A stretch of 64,000 bases of DNA from Verrucomicrobiales bacterium (GCA_046075565.1 JBJTQJ010000030.1:32001-96000), one strand, 5' to 3'. Positions 1 through 10,383 are shown, numbered from the stretch's first letter. Notes: generated by a model not told the origin, from the letters alone. A program made the numbers and translations.

Positions 1-438
1 ATTGCCGAGCAGAACCAATCCCGTGATCACCAGGCCCATGCCGAGGCGAACGAGCCAAACGCGCCCGAACTGCATCTCAAGAGAGCTATCGTTGTCTTCC
101 CGCGGCTTGATCGCCGGTTCGGCTGTGTTCGCCGCTTTTTGGTCATCTGCCTCCAATGCCACCGGCGGAAGAGGCGGCGGCACAGGCGTAGGATCCGCCG
201 GGGAGGACCATGACTCCTTCTCTGGAGGATCAATGGGCGGGGCAATGGGTGCGGTCGGAGCTAGCTTGGGCCGGGGCGGGAGGTCGGACGCAACAGGCGG
301 CTCGTTTTTCGATTCGTCTTGGTTCGCGGATTGCAGTTCCTCGATGCGGCTGCGCAGGGATTTGATTCCGGCAACCATGGTGGACTCCAACGCATCTAGG
401 CGCTGGACCAGCGTTTCGATTTCCCGGGTTTGGTTCAT
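1..438 (-). CDS. N-terminal part of a DUF2339-like membrane protein (runs off window edge)
   Basis: Not in ORF track. ATG at 438, open to position 1: MNQTREIETLVQRLDALE, Pro-rich linker, then SSLEMQFGRVWLVRLGMGLVITGLVLLGN, typical of DUF2339 proteins. Confidence 0.7.
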   Translation of the reverse strand, partial: MNQTREIETLVQRLDALESTMVAGIKSLRSRIEELQSANQDESKNEPPVASDLPPRPKLAPTAPIAPPIDPPEKESWSSPADPTPVPPPLPPVALEADDQKAANTAEPAIKPREDNDSSLEMQFGRVWLVRLGMGLVITGLVLLGN

Positions 439-772
439 GGTCGGGAGGCGGGCGGCAGTCGGTGCCCGACTCCTAAGATGGGACGTCAGCGGGCGGTCGG
501 CAAGCCCGCGAACCCGGCATTCCCAATCAAGAGGGGATTTTCAGACTTCGGATGTAGTTTGCCGCCTAGTCATGGTTCGGGGGCGCGACGCGTGGTCGAT
601 TTCGCGGATTTTTGCCGAAGTTTGCGAATTTTTCTAGAATTTCCGGCATTTTCCGAGCCAAGTTCACAAAAATTTGCTTAAATTTCATATTTCCCATATA
701 CACCGCACTGACCGGGCGGTGTCCAAGAAATCCCCGGCACAAGCATTTAAGATTTACCAACCAACCAAAACA

Positions 773-1458
773 ATGACCCCCTCGAACGAAAATGCCACGG
801 ACAGCGCCGAACTGGAAGAAAAGCCGGCCATCAACCTGACCAGACTCGTCAATGAGTTCACTGCGAAGGAGGAGAGTGCTTCGCCGACCGTCGTGGCCCG
901 CGCTCCAGTTACCTACAAGTCCCGCCCGACGAACGCGCCTGCCGGTTCTGGGAAAAAGAAAAAGAAGGCCACCCGGTCGAACCGGGCGACGCACTCGAGC
1001 AGCGGGCAGGGTTCGTGGGGTGGTCGCATTGCCGTCGCGGTGGTATGGATTGTGACCCTTGGGACCGGTGGAGGGATCTGGGCTTACCATAACATTACCG
1101 AATTCCGGGCGAGATTCGACATGGCTGCGAAGAAATACCTTCCCAATGAAAGCAGAGTCTGACGGAAAAACTCGCCGAGCCCTAGAAAGAGTCCATGGCG
1201 AAGATCGAGGCGCGCGGGTCGAGTCTGGAAGAAGCCAGCAAGGCCATGGGCGCCGATTTAACCAAAAAATCAACGCCCGAGGACGACGCACACTTCGAAG
1301 CACAGCTTGCGGCCATGAGCGGGGAGAAGTCGAACGTCGCCGTCGAGAGAAACAAGCGTATGAAAGACAAATTCGGAGGTGCGGGCGAGCTTGATTTGAC
1401 CAAAGAACGCGAAGCTCTCGCGCATCGGAAAGAAGAGGCCGCGAAGAAAGAACCGTAA
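773..1458 (+). pseudogene. Single-pass membrane hypothetical protein, probably one gene split by a frameshift (~1150) and a TAG (1183-1185); alternatively two ORFs 773-1162 and 1195-1458
   Basis: MTPSNENATD...KKKKK...TM (IAVAVVWIVTLGTGGGIWAY); shifted frame reads KQSLTEKLAEP*KES directly into MAKIEARG. Confidence 0.5.
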
Positions 1459-1515
1459 GCGGGCGGTTGTTTTCTTGGATATCCCGTCGGCGGGTTCCCC
1501 GCGGATCCGCCGGCT

Positions 1516-2433
1516 TTATTCCTCCCAAGTCTGGGAGCGATCCCCTTCGGAGCGTGGTTCCAGGTGGGAAATAATGCGGGCGGCGGATTCAAGGTGTGCG
1601 TTTAGCGTGCTTTCAATTTCGGTTGCCCATGTGTGGGCCGATTCGATGCTCGTGCCATCTGGAAAGACGAGATGCACCTCAACCCAGTGCGTGCGCCCGG
1701 TGTTCCGGTATCGAAGCTGGTGGAATTGGAGGCCGCGGGCCGCGCATTCTTTCTCCAGAATCTCGCGCACCTTTTTCTCCACCACGGGATCGGACGCGTC
1801 CATGAGCCCGTTCATGCTGCGTTGGACGAGTTTGCCACCGGTCCAGAGGATGTTGAGCGCGACCAGAATGGCCGAGAGGGGATCCCAGAATGTATTTCCC
1901 GTCCAGAGCACCAATTGCAAGCCTAACAAAACACCGACACTTGTTTTCACATCGGTCAAAATGTGCTGGCCGTTCGCTTCGAGGAGAATGGAACGTTGCC
2001 TCCGGCCGATCACGATGAGGCTGATTGCCAGGACGGTATTGATTGCGGTTGATGTGATCGTCAGGTAGATGCCGAGTTTCAAATCCTCGATATGAGGGCC
2101 AACCCACCAGCTCCGGAAGCCTTCATAGAGGATCAGGCAGGCCGCCGCCGAGATCATCGCCCCTTCGAATCCGGCGGATAGGTATTCGGCCTTATCGTGA
2201 CCGTAGTGGTGTGTTTCGTCCGCGGGTTTGGCGGCGATGCGCAGGCTGTAGGACGCGAATATGACTGCCAACAGATGAACGACCGACTCGGCCGCGTCGC
2301 TGTAAATCGCCGACGACCCGGTGCGTGCCGCCGCCCACAATTTGATGGCCAGAAGAAATATCCCGACCGCGAGCGAGGCATTCATCGCCCGTATGAGGAT
2401 TTTGTCCTCGCGGTTGGGGATGGAACGTGTCAT
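1516..2433 (-). CDS. Cation diffusion facilitator (FieF-like) transporter
   Basis: SSAIYSDAAES, KPADETHHYGHDKAE, HILTD motifs, multiple TM segments, C-terminal dimerisation domain (ISHLEP). Confidence 0.92.
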   Translation of the reverse strand: MTRSIPNREDKILIRAMNASLAVGIFLLAIKLWAAARTGSSAIYSDAAESVVHLLAVIFASYSLRIAAKPADETHHYGHDKAEYLSAGFEGAMISAAACLILYEGFRSWWVGPHIEDLKLGIYLTITSTAINTVLAISLIVIGRRQRSILLEANGQHILTDVKTSVGVLLGLQLVLWTGNTFWDPLSAILVALNILWTGGKLVQRSMNGLMDASDPVVEKKVREILEKECAARGLQFHQLRYRNTGRTHWVEVHLVFPDGTSIESAHTWATEIESTLNAHLESAARIISHLEPRSEGDRSQTWEE

Positions 2434-2460
2434 CACGCGCTGGTGCAACGGGAATCTGGA

Positions 2461-3120
2461 TCACGTTTCGACGGGAAGGCGTTCGTTGTCAAGTCGCCGC
2501 ACCAAGGCCGGGATCAATGCCCTCGAAAACGACTCCCTTGTCACCGCATGCGGGCTTTCGGAGTTCAGGCAAGTCATCGAGACGCCGTCCAGTCCGCACG
2601 GCGTGATGGTCTGGAATCCTCGTAATGCCTCCGTTGTTAGGTTGATTCCGAAGCCATGCAGCGTGACCCACTGGCGCACTCCCACGCCAATGCTCGCGAG
2701 TTTCCGATCCCCGACCCACACCCCCGTCATACCCTCTCGAGTTGCCGCGCGGACCTCGAAGACGGAGCAGGCGTCGATGAGGGAATTCTCCAGCAGCCGC
2801 AACCACCGGTGCAGGTCGCGTCCATAGGGCGCCAGATCGGCGATGAGATACCCGGTGAGCTGTCCCGGCCCGTGGTAGGTGGCTTTTCCCCCGCGCCCGA
2901 TCACATGAACGGGGTGGGGGAGGAACTCGGGAGAGCGCAGGCTGGATTGGTCGCCGGTGCGCCCGATGGTGTAAACCGGTTCGTGTTCGAGGAGAATGAG
3001 CGTGTCCCGGGCTTGGCCGGCCCTCCGCCGTGCATGCAGATCCTCCTGCGCCGCCAGTCCCGCTTCGTAGGCGACCAGTCCGGGATAGTCCTCAATAGCA
3101 AATGGGCACGCCGTGGGCAT
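2461..3120 (-). CDS. lipB: Lipoyl(octanoyl) transferase
   Basis: EHEPVYTIG, RGGKATYHGPGQL, KLASIG, HGFGIN, ITPCG. Confidence 0.95.
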   Translation of the reverse strand: MPTACPFAIEDYPGLVAYEAGLAAQEDLHARRRAGQARDTLILLEHEPVYTIGRTGDQSSLRSPEFLPHPVHVIGRGGKATYHGPGQLTGYLIADLAPYGRDLHRWLRLLENSLIDACSVFEVRAATREGMTGVWVGDRKLASIGVGVRQWVTLHGFGINLTTEALRGFQTITPCGLDGVSMTCLNSESPHAVTRESFSRALIPALVRRLDNERLPVET

Positions 3121-3319
3121 CAGGAGAAGCTACTCCGGTAGTTCGGGCCGCGCTAGCCCGCATATCCCACACTTTTCATGACGAGGTGCGGGGATTTCCC
3201 GGCGAGGACCTCGGCCCCAGATGTCACGCTGCCATTCCATTCCACTCCGGAGAAAAGTTGCCTTTTTGGCGTTCTTTTCTTGCCAGCGCGAACCGGGACG
3301 GATAAATCAGGCCATTACC

Positions 3320-4705
3320 ATGACACCCGAAACCGAACACACCCACCATGCGGGCGATGAATTCGAAGATCGCCCGGTTCCTGAGACGGCGCTAAAAGAC
3401 GGCAGATCCTTCTGGGGCATGTATGCCGGCGAACACACGGCCGGCACGGAATTCCTCATCGGCCCCATGTTCCTCGCCCAATGGGGAGTGGGCGGCTGGC
3501 AATTGATCCTCGGCCTCGTCTTCGGTAATCTCGCGGCCGTGCTCTCCTGGCGGTATATCACCGCGCCCATCGCCACCCGCGGGCGGCTAACCCTCTACCG
3601 GCAATTGGAAAACATCACCGGGCGAGGCCTTGTCTCGATTTACAACCTTGCCAATGGCGTGCTCTTCTGTTTCCTCGCCGGTTCCATGATCACCGTTTCG
3701 GCCACGGCATTTGGACCGATCTTTCCCAATATCAAAATGCCGGACTTCGCGACGGTCTATCCGACCGGTGTCACCTGGATTCTCCTCGTGCTGGCCATCG
3801 GCGCGCTCATGACCTTCGTTGCGGCCCGTGGTTACGGGCTTGTCGCGCGGGTCGGGCAGATCGCCGCTCCGTGGATGTTCCTGGTCTTTGTCGCCTGTGC
3901 CATGGTGACCATGGGTGAACTCGGAAACATGAACGTGATCGATGCCATCAAACCCATCGAAGGCGTCGAATCCAAGGTCGGTTTCTGGGGTGTCTTCTTT
4001 TTCGCATGGTTCTGCAATGCGGCCATGCATGTTGGCATGGGCGATTTGTCCGTGCTACGCTTCGCCCGGAAATCTTCCTTCGGCTGGGCCTCCTCGGCAG
4101 GCATGTATCTTGGCCACTGCATCGCCTGGCTCTGTGCTGGTATCCTGCTCGCCTACTGGGTTAGGGTCAAAGGAGCGGATCCTGCCACGGGGGCGCCCCT
4201 TGGCACGATGATCGATCACGCCACCGGTCTCGCGGGATTGACTTGTGTGGTGATTGCCGGTTGGACCACTGCAAACCCGACCCTTTACCGCGCCGGTCTC
4301 GCCTTCCAGAGCCTCTTCCCGAACATGGGCCGCGTCGCCGCCACCATTCTCGCCGGGGCCATCTGCACCATCGCGGGGATGTTCCCGAAACTGGCCATGA
4401 GTCTTCTCAACTTCGTCGGCATCTACGGCATGATCCTCTCGCCGATAGGCGCGGTCATTTTTGTCGATTTCTGGCTGCTGAAAAAAGCCGGGCTCAAACC
4501 CGAGTGGGCGCAAGTTACCGGCAAGACTTTCCACCCCGCCGCTTTCCTCGCCTGGGTGGTGCCGGTCGCTGGAGGCCTTTATGCCTATCAGGCCATGAAT
4601 CTTGTCGCCCCCACGTATGTGACCCTGCCAGTCTGGATATGCACCGGGCTTCTCTACTTCGCCCTCAGCAAGGTCTTCGCCCCATCCACCAACGCCCGTG
4701 CATGA
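3320..4705 (+). CDS. Purine-cytosine permease (NCS1)-like transporter
   Basis: About 12 hydrophobic segments; YAGEHTAGTEFLIGP and AGWTTANPTLYRAGL. Confidence 0.8.
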   Translation: MTPETEHTHHAGDEFEDRPVPETALKDGRSFWGMYAGEHTAGTEFLIGPMFLAQWGVGGWQLILGLVFGNLAAVLSWRYITAPIATRGRLTLYRQLENITGRGLVSIYNLANGVLFCFLAGSMITVSATAFGPIFPNIKMPDFATVYPTGVTWILLVLAIGALMTFVAARGYGLVARVGQIAAPWMFLVFVACAMVTMGELGNMNVIDAIKPIEGVESKVGFWGVFFFAWFCNAAMHVGMGDLSVLRFARKSSFGWASSAGMYLGHCIAWLCAGILLAYWVRVKGADPATGAPLGTMIDHATGLAGLTCVVIAGWTTANPTLYRAGLAFQSLFPNMGRVAATILAGAICTIAGMFPKLAMSLLNFVGIYGMILSPIGAVIFVDFWLLKKAGLKPEWAQVTGKTFHPAAFLAWVVPVAGGLYAYQAMNLVAPTYVTLPVWICTGLLYFALSKVFAPSTNARA

Positions 4706-4727
4706 TCCCCAAACCTCCCATCCTCAC

Positions 4728-4898
4728 ATGAAAACCATTCTTTTTCCCCTTGGACTTGTCGCGCTCGGCCTCGTCATCGTGCCTCCGGCGCTTTTCATGA
4801 CCCGCACCCTGACCAACCTCGAAATGGTCAAGCACCTCATGCTGGTCGGCACGCTGCTCTGGTTTGGCACCGCGCCCTTCTGGATGAAGAAAACCTGA
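4728..4898 (+). CDS. Small 2-TM membrane protein (56 aa)
   Basis: MKTILFPLGLVALGLVIVPPALF...LMLVGTLLWFGTAPFWMKKT, 22 nt after the permease stop. Confidence 0.7.
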   Translation: MKTILFPLGLVALGLVIVPPALFMTRTLTNLEMVKHLMLVGTLLWFGTAPFWMKKT

Positions 4899-5045
4899 CT
4901 CTATTCCGCTTCCCGCCCGGTGAGCTGACGTCCCTGCCTTGATTCCGGTGCGAAACCGCCGGTCGTGCCTCCCCACCCCCGAAAATCGGAGCCACCGCGG
5001 CGAAAGCCGCTTTACGCGGCGCGGTGATCGCGTTTCTTTCCCGTC

Positions 5046-5546
5046 ATGCAAAACCGGGGATGTTTTTTAGCCATGGTGGTCGCGGGCACGGCCGCCCTCG
5101 TCCTCGGTTTGTCGTGGACCTTCTATTTTCTCCCGCGCTGGAAAAAGCTCCTCACTTCGAACCTGTGCCTCACCATCGAATTGCGCCTGGAATCATATCA
5201 ACGTCGATTCACCACGTGGCCGGATGGGGAAAACACCGACATCCTGCTTGCCTTGCGAGGGCGTAACCCCGATTCGCTGGTTTTCGTAAAAGACAGCGAT
5301 GGATTCCCGGTCGCCAACAACGCCTTCGTGGACCAATGGGAAACCCCACTCCGCTTCAATCGGGACACCTCTGGTGTGCCTCGTGCGATTTCCGCCGGAC
5401 CGAACAAACGCCATGGTGACGCGGATGACATCGACGCCACGGCCGCCCGCGGCGATGCGTTGAAACTCTACGGTTCGAACGATAAAATCCCGAAATTCGA
5501 ACCCGAAGCTCCCGCAGCCCCCGCGACTCCCGCACCCAAGCCCTGA
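5046..5546 (+). CDS. Membrane-anchored hypothetical protein with GspG/pseudopilin-like C-terminal motif
   Basis: N-terminal [13 protein letters not shown]...[17 protein letters not shown] resembles DPWG.PY...SAGPD...GT.DDI. Confidence 0.6.
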   Translation: MQNRGCFLAMVVAGTAALVLGLSWTFYFLPRWKKLLTSNLCLTIELRLESYQRRFTTWPDGENTDILLALRGRNPDSLVFVKDSDGFPVANNAFVDQWETPLRFNRDTSGVPRAISAGPNKRHGDADDIDATAARGDALKLYGSNDKIPKFEPEAPAAPATPAPKP

Positions 5547-5563
5547 TCCCCCTCGCGACTCTC

Positions 5564-6358
5564 ATGCGCCACTATCTCGATCTTCTCCGCCATGTCCTTG
5601 ATAACGGCAGCCCGAAACAGGACCGAACCGGAACAGGCACGCTTTCGGTTTTCGGGGCGCAAACCCGCTACAACCTCGCCGATGGGTTCCCATTGCTGAC
5701 GACAAAGAAGCTGCACCTCCGCTCCATCATCCATGAATTGCTCTGGTTTTTGAAAGGCGAAACCAACACCCGTTATCTCAAGGAAAACAATGTGAGCATC
5801 TGGGACGAGTGGGCCGATGAAAATGGCGAACTCGGACCTGTCTATGGCAAACAATGGCGGTCGTGGGAAGCACCCGACGGACGTGTAATCGACCAAATCG
5901 CCGGAGTTGTGCAGTCATTGAAAACCAATCCCGATTCACGCCGCCACATCGTCTGTGCGTGGAATCCCGCGGATGTCCCGGCCATGGCCCTGCCGCCCTG
6001 CCATTTGTTGTTCCAGTTCAACGTCTGCGACGGACGCCTGTCCTGCCAGCTTTACCAGCGTTCCGCCGACATCTTTCTCGGAGTGCCTTTCAATATCGCG
6101 TCCTATGCTCTGCTCACCCACATGATGGCCCAGGTTACCGGCCTTCAGCCCGGCGACTTCGTCCACACTTTCGGTGATCTGCATTTGTATTCCAATCACG
6201 TCGAGCAGGCGAAACTCCAGCTCACCCGCGAGCCTCGGCCGCTTCCGCGCCTCTGGCTCAATCCAGACGTCAGCACCATCGATGGTTTCACCTTCGAAGA
6301 TATCCGCATCGACGACTACGACCCGCATCCGCACATCAAAGCTCCCGTTGCGGTGTAA
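5564..6358 (+). CDS. thyA: Thymidylate synthase
   Basis: [40 protein letters not shown]; 264 aa. Confidence 0.98.
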   Translation: MRHYLDLLRHVLDNGSPKQDRTGTGTLSVFGAQTRYNLADGFPLLTTKKLHLRSIIHELLWFLKGETNTRYLKENNVSIWDEWADENGELGPVYGKQWRSWEAPDGRVIDQIAGVVQSLKTNPDSRRHIVCAWNPADVPAMALPPCHLLFQFNVCDGRLSCQLYQRSADIFLGVPFNIASYALLTHMMAQVTGLQPGDFVHTFGDLHLYSNHVEQAKLQLTREPRPLPRLWLNPDVSTIDGFTFEDIRIDDYDPHPHIKAPVAV

Positions 6359-6482
6359 GAGATGCTGGCTGGACCGGATCGAGGTTTCCAAACCAACCCG
6401 GGTTGCCCCGCTCCCAGAGAAGCCCCTTGGCAATCCCCGTGGCGGGAGTATCGTCTGACTCAATGCCGGTCCGGCCCGATTC

Positions 6483-7694
6483 ATGCAGAGCATCGTCATT
6501 GATAAGCCATACACCTTTATCCCTCCCCGGCTGAGTCGGTTCTGGCATCGCGTGGCGAGGATGATTCTGCCCGGGCTGCTGAGGAGAGAATACGGAATCG
6601 CGGTGGTGGAAGTGCAGGGTGCCGAGAAACTTAACTCGTCGATCGAGGCCGGACACGGTGTGATGATTGTGGGGAACCATTGCCGCCCCTGTGATCCGAT
6701 GGTTTTGGATACGCTGGCGGCGGAGGTGCGGCGACCATTCCATGTCATGGCCAGTTGGCATTTGTTCATGGTGAGCCGCTTCAAGAGATTTCTGCTGCCC
6801 AGAATCGGCGTCTTCAGTGTTTACCGGGAAGGCATGGACCGGGAATCCCTGAAGTGCGCGATCAGCTCGGTGGCCGATGGCGTGAATCCGCTGGTGATTT
6901 TTGTGGAAGGAATTGTCACGCGCAGCAATGACCGGCTGGTCAACTTCATGGATGGTCCGGCGTTCATTGCCAGAGCCGCAGCCAAGCAGCGGAAGCAAGG
7001 CAAAGTGGTCGTTCATCCGGTCTTCACCCGCTATTTTTTCGAGGGTGATTTGGAGGCGACCGTGGCACCGGTGCTCAAGGAAATCGAAACACGCTTGTCC
7101 TGGCAGGAAAACTCGCACCTTTCACTCCGGGAGAGAATCTCCAAGCTCGGCGATGCGCTCCTCACGCTGAAGGAAATCGAATATTTTGGCGAAGCACAAA
7201 CAGGCTCAAACGGCGAACGCTTGCCACGGCTAATCGAGCGCGTGCTGACACCGCTGGAGGACCAGTGGGCGGCGGGCCGTCATGACGGGGACACCATGGC
7301 GCGGGTCAAACGCCTGCGTTCCGCGATTCTCCCGGATCTCGTGAAAGGGGGCATTTCTGCCACCGAGAGGGCTGCACGCTGGCGTCATCTCGGGGATTTG
7401 TATCTCGTGCAACAACTTCATTGTTATCCGGTCGGTTATCTGGACAAACCGACAACAGAACGAATGCTCGAAACGGTGGAGCGTTTTGAGGAAGACCTAA
7501 CAGATGTTGCGCGGGGGCATTACCCTATCCGGGCGGTGATCACGGTTGGCGACCCCATCGAAGTCGGTGCGACCCGTGATCGTTCGCAGGAGGTGGATCC
7601 CGTCACCACCGCGATCCGGGAGCAGATGGAGGCGCTTCTTGAATCGACCAAGTCTCCGCACAAGATGCCAACGAAAGGAGTGGGACAACCATGA
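6483..7694 (+). CDS. PlsC-family glycerolipid acyltransferase with long C-terminal extension
   Basis: NHCRPCD (NHxxxxD), FSVYREG, FVEG blocks. Confidence 0.85.
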   Translation: MQSIVIDKPYTFIPPRLSRFWHRVARMILPGLLRREYGIAVVEVQGAEKLNSSIEAGHGVMIVGNHCRPCDPMVLDTLAAEVRRPFHVMASWHLFMVSRFKRFLLPRIGVFSVYREGMDRESLKCAISSVADGVNPLVIFVEGIVTRSNDRLVNFMDGPAFIARAAAKQRKQGKVVVHPVFTRYFFEGDLEATVAPVLKEIETRLSWQENSHLSLRERISKLGDALLTLKEIEYFGEAQTGSNGERLPRLIERVLTPLEDQWAAGRHDGDTMARVKRLRSAILPDLVKGGISATERAARWRHLGDLYLVQQLHCYPVGYLDKPTTERMLETVERFEEDLTDVARGHYPIRAVITVGDPIEVGATRDRSQEVDPVTTAIREQMEALLESTKSPHKMPTKGVGQP

Positions 7695-8320
7695 CAGCCA
7701 TCGCCCTTCGCATCGGTGTGATCGCGCTCGCGCTGGTCGTGTGGTTTTGGACACAGAAGCTGATTGGCCGCAAACGCGCGGCGGATGGTGGGATCGGTGA
7801 TGTCATTCACGATCTCACGGCTGGCTGGCACCGGTGTTTTCAGAACAACGAAAAAGTGGCGAATCGCTCCCTGGCCCTCAGCTCATTTCTCATCGATGTG
7901 CTGGGTTTGTTCTTGATCGCGTCGGCAATCTTTGGCCCGACTTTTGCACCATTCATCGGAGTTTTGATTGTCTTCTCCCTGCGCCAAGTCTGCCAGCTCT
8001 GCTGCACGCTGCCACCTCCCCCGGGCATCATCTGGCGCGACCCCGGATTCCCGAGCCTGCTCGTAACCTATGGCGTGAGCAACGACTTCTTCTTTTCCGG
8101 TCACACCGCGTTGGCCGTGCTCGGGGCCATCGGAGTCTGCCAAATCGCGCCATGGTGGCTTGGTGGACTGGCCATCCTCATTGCCATCGGAGAGGCGGTT
8201 CTGGTGCTTGTTTTACGCGCCCATTATACCCTGGATGTGATCGCCGGTGCTTTCGCGGCATGGTTCGCAGCCGACATGGCGGCGCGCCTCGCACCATCGG
8301 TGGATGTGTGGCTGAGGTGA
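7691..8320 (+). CDS. PAP2-superfamily, sphingomyelin/IPC-synthase-like membrane protein
   Basis: LRQVCQLCCTLPPP, NDFFFSGHT, RAHYTLDV; multiple TM; ATGA overlap with acyltransferase. Confidence 0.8.
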   Translation: MTAIALRIGVIALALVVWFWTQKLIGRKRAADGGIGDVIHDLTAGWHRCFQNNEKVANRSLALSSFLIDVLGLFLIASAIFGPTFAPFIGVLIVFSLRQVCQLCCTLPPPPGIIWRDPGFPSLLVTYGVSNDFFFSGHTALAVLGAIGVCQIAPWWLGGLAILIAIGEAVLVLVLRAHYTLDVIAGAFAAWFAADMAARLAPSVDVWLR

Positions 8321-8335
8321 TTTTGCGGCGGCCAC

Positions 8336-8365
8336 GGACACGACCTAGCGGGCTCGTGTCCTTCC
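8336..8365. repeat. REP-like hairpin or bidirectional terminator between convergent genes
   Basis: GGACACGA-cctagcgggc-TCGTGTCC perfect 8-bp stem. Confidence 0.5.
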
Positions 8366-8370
8366 GGATA

Positions 8371-9645
8371 TCAGGAACCCTCCAACCATTTCTCCACCGG
8401 CGCGGTGTTGGCCTGCGGGCCGATGAGGGCAAGGGCGGGTTTGCCGGAGCGGAACGTGCGGGCGGCGCTGGCGGCGACTTCGGCCGGGGTGATGGCGGAG
8501 AGACGTGCGCGGGCGGCATCGGGCGCAAGCACGCGGCCATACCAGAGCAGGCATTCGCCGACCCAGTTCATCTGGTTGACGGTGGATTCGAACCAGAGGT
8601 CTTGTTGGCCGAGAGCAAAGGCGCGGGCGCGATGGAGTTCGGCTTGTTTTGGGGGATGGGAGATGAGTTTTCGTAACTCCCGGCCGAGGGCGCGGGTGGC
8701 CGCTTCGAGTTTGCCGTTTTCAACCGCGGTATAGACTTCGAAAAGTCCGGTCTCGGCAAAGACATCGGTTTCGGTATGCACGGCATAACAAAGTCCGCGT
8801 TGCTCGCGCAGCGCGTGGAAGAGGCGCGAACCCATCGCTTCTCCAGTGAGCACGCTCAGGAGTCTTGTGGCATGCCGGGCAGGGTGTCGGCGACCGGGTG
8901 TGCGGAAACCGAAGGCAAGGTGGGTTTGTTCCGTCTCGCGGGTCTCTCGGCGTGATGCACTGGCTCTCCGGACAGGGAAGGGGAGAGCACGGGCGGGTTT
9001 GCCAACCGGCAACGAACCAAAAAGTGGGCTCAGCTTTTCCACCACTTCGGCATGGGGCCAGGGTGAGGCGACGGCGAGAACGGTATTGGCCGCGACATGG
9101 GTGCGGTCGGTCCATTCCCGCAGCTCGGCGGGTCCGAGACGGGCAAGGCTGGCCGCCGTGCCGGTAATGATGCGACCCAAAGGATGGTTCGGCCAGACCG
9201 CTTCGGAGAGCAGGTCTTCCACATGCTGCCCGGGGTTTTCCCGATACATCTGGATTTCTTCGAGGATGACTTCTTTCTCCCGGCGGCAATCGCGTTCTGA
9301 GTAACGGGCATTGCGGAAAATGTCGGCGAGCACGTCGGCGGCGGTGTCGAGCCGGTCGGCAGGCACCACGGCATGGTAGCAGGTGTGGTCCTCGCTGGTG
9401 AAGGCATTCAATTCACCGCCGACGCCTTCAATATCGAGGGAAATTTTGCGTGCGGAGCGGCGGGCGGTGCCTTTGAAAACCATGTGCTCGACCAAATGGG
9501 CGACCCCGGCGAGGCGGGCCGGTTCGTGCCGCGAGCCGGTGCCCGTCCAGACGCCCAAAGCGGCCACACGGCGGTCGGGCAATTCGACCGTGCCAATGCG
9601 CATACCGTTCGGAAGGGTGCTTGTCTGGTGGCGGAGTGACTCCAT
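8371..9645 (-). CDS. M16 family zinc peptidase
   Basis: HLVEH (HxxEH), [24 protein letters not shown]. Confidence 0.93.
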   Translation of the reverse strand: MESLRHQTSTLPNGMRIGTVELPDRRVAALGVWTGTGSRHEPARLAGVAHLVEHMVFKGTARRSARKISLDIEGVGGELNAFTSEDHTCYHAVVPADRLDTAADVLADIFRNARYSERDCRREKEVILEEIQMYRENPGQHVEDLLSEAVWPNHPLGRIITGTAASLARLGPAELREWTDRTHVAANTVLAVASPWPHAEVVEKLSPLFGSLPVGKPARALPFPVRRASASRRETRETEQTHLAFGFRTPGRRHPARHATRLLSVLTGEAMGSRLFHALREQRGLCYAVHTETDVFAETGLFEVYTAVENGKLEAATRALGRELRKLISHPPKQAELHRARAFALGQQDLWFESTVNQMNWVGECLLWYGRVLAPDAARARLSAITPAEVAASAARTFRSGKPALALIGPQANTAPVEKWLEGS

Positions 9646-9740
9646 GGGAAAAAAACCATGGAACCGGGAAACGCCGGGTGCCAGCAGAAGCACGGCAAAA
9701 TCTGTTCGCAGGGGAGGGTATGCGGGGCTACTTTCCTCCC

Positions 9741-10376
9741 ATGAACCATCCTTTGGGATTCGATGAGGCGCGGGTGCTAGGTTGTCTGTTGGAAAAAGAA
9801 ATGACCACCCCCGATGCCTATCCGCTCACGCCATCGGGCCTGCTCGCGGCGTGCAACCAAACAAGCAGCCGGGAACCGGTCGTGCAGTGGGAGATGGCGC
9901 AAGCGGAGCAAGCCGCGGCGGGGCTGCGCCAATGAGGCATGGCGGCGATGGTTCACATGGCGGGATCGAGGGTGCCGAAGTTCAAGCACTTGCTGGAAGA
10001 GTATTATCCCACCTTGGGGCGGCCGGAGAGGGCTTTGCTTTGTGTCATGCTTCTGCGCGGACCGCAATCGGCCGCTGAGCTAAGGGCCCGCACGGAGCGG
10101 ATGGTTGCTTTCAACGACATCCAAGCAGTGGAAGTTGCGTTGGCTCGTCGCATCGGTCATGGAGAAGGGGCTTTGGTCGCCCAACTCCCAACAGGTCATG
10201 GTCGCCGGGTGGCGGAATACGCACATTTGTTAGGCGGCGAGGTGACGGCGAATGTTTCGCCGGCGAAATCGGCCACCTTCGTGCCTCCTCCGCCGGATCG
10301 CCTGGCTGCACTTGAAGAGGAAGTTGCTGCCCTGCGCGCGGAGCTCGAAGAGCTGAAAAGAAGCCTCGGCGTTTGA
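9741..10376 (+). pseudogene. yceH: YceH/DUF480 family protein interrupted by in-frame TGA at 9933-9935
   Basis: [22 protein letters not shown]...[10 protein letters not shown]; same frame continues past TGA to GSRVPKFKH...LLRGPQSAAELRARTERM. Confidence 0.85.
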
Positions 10377-10383
10377 ACGATCT

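Noticed and set aside
6359..6482. folA remnant after thyA
   Set aside because: No DHFR-like peptide seen; the region looks like a promoter-containing spacer
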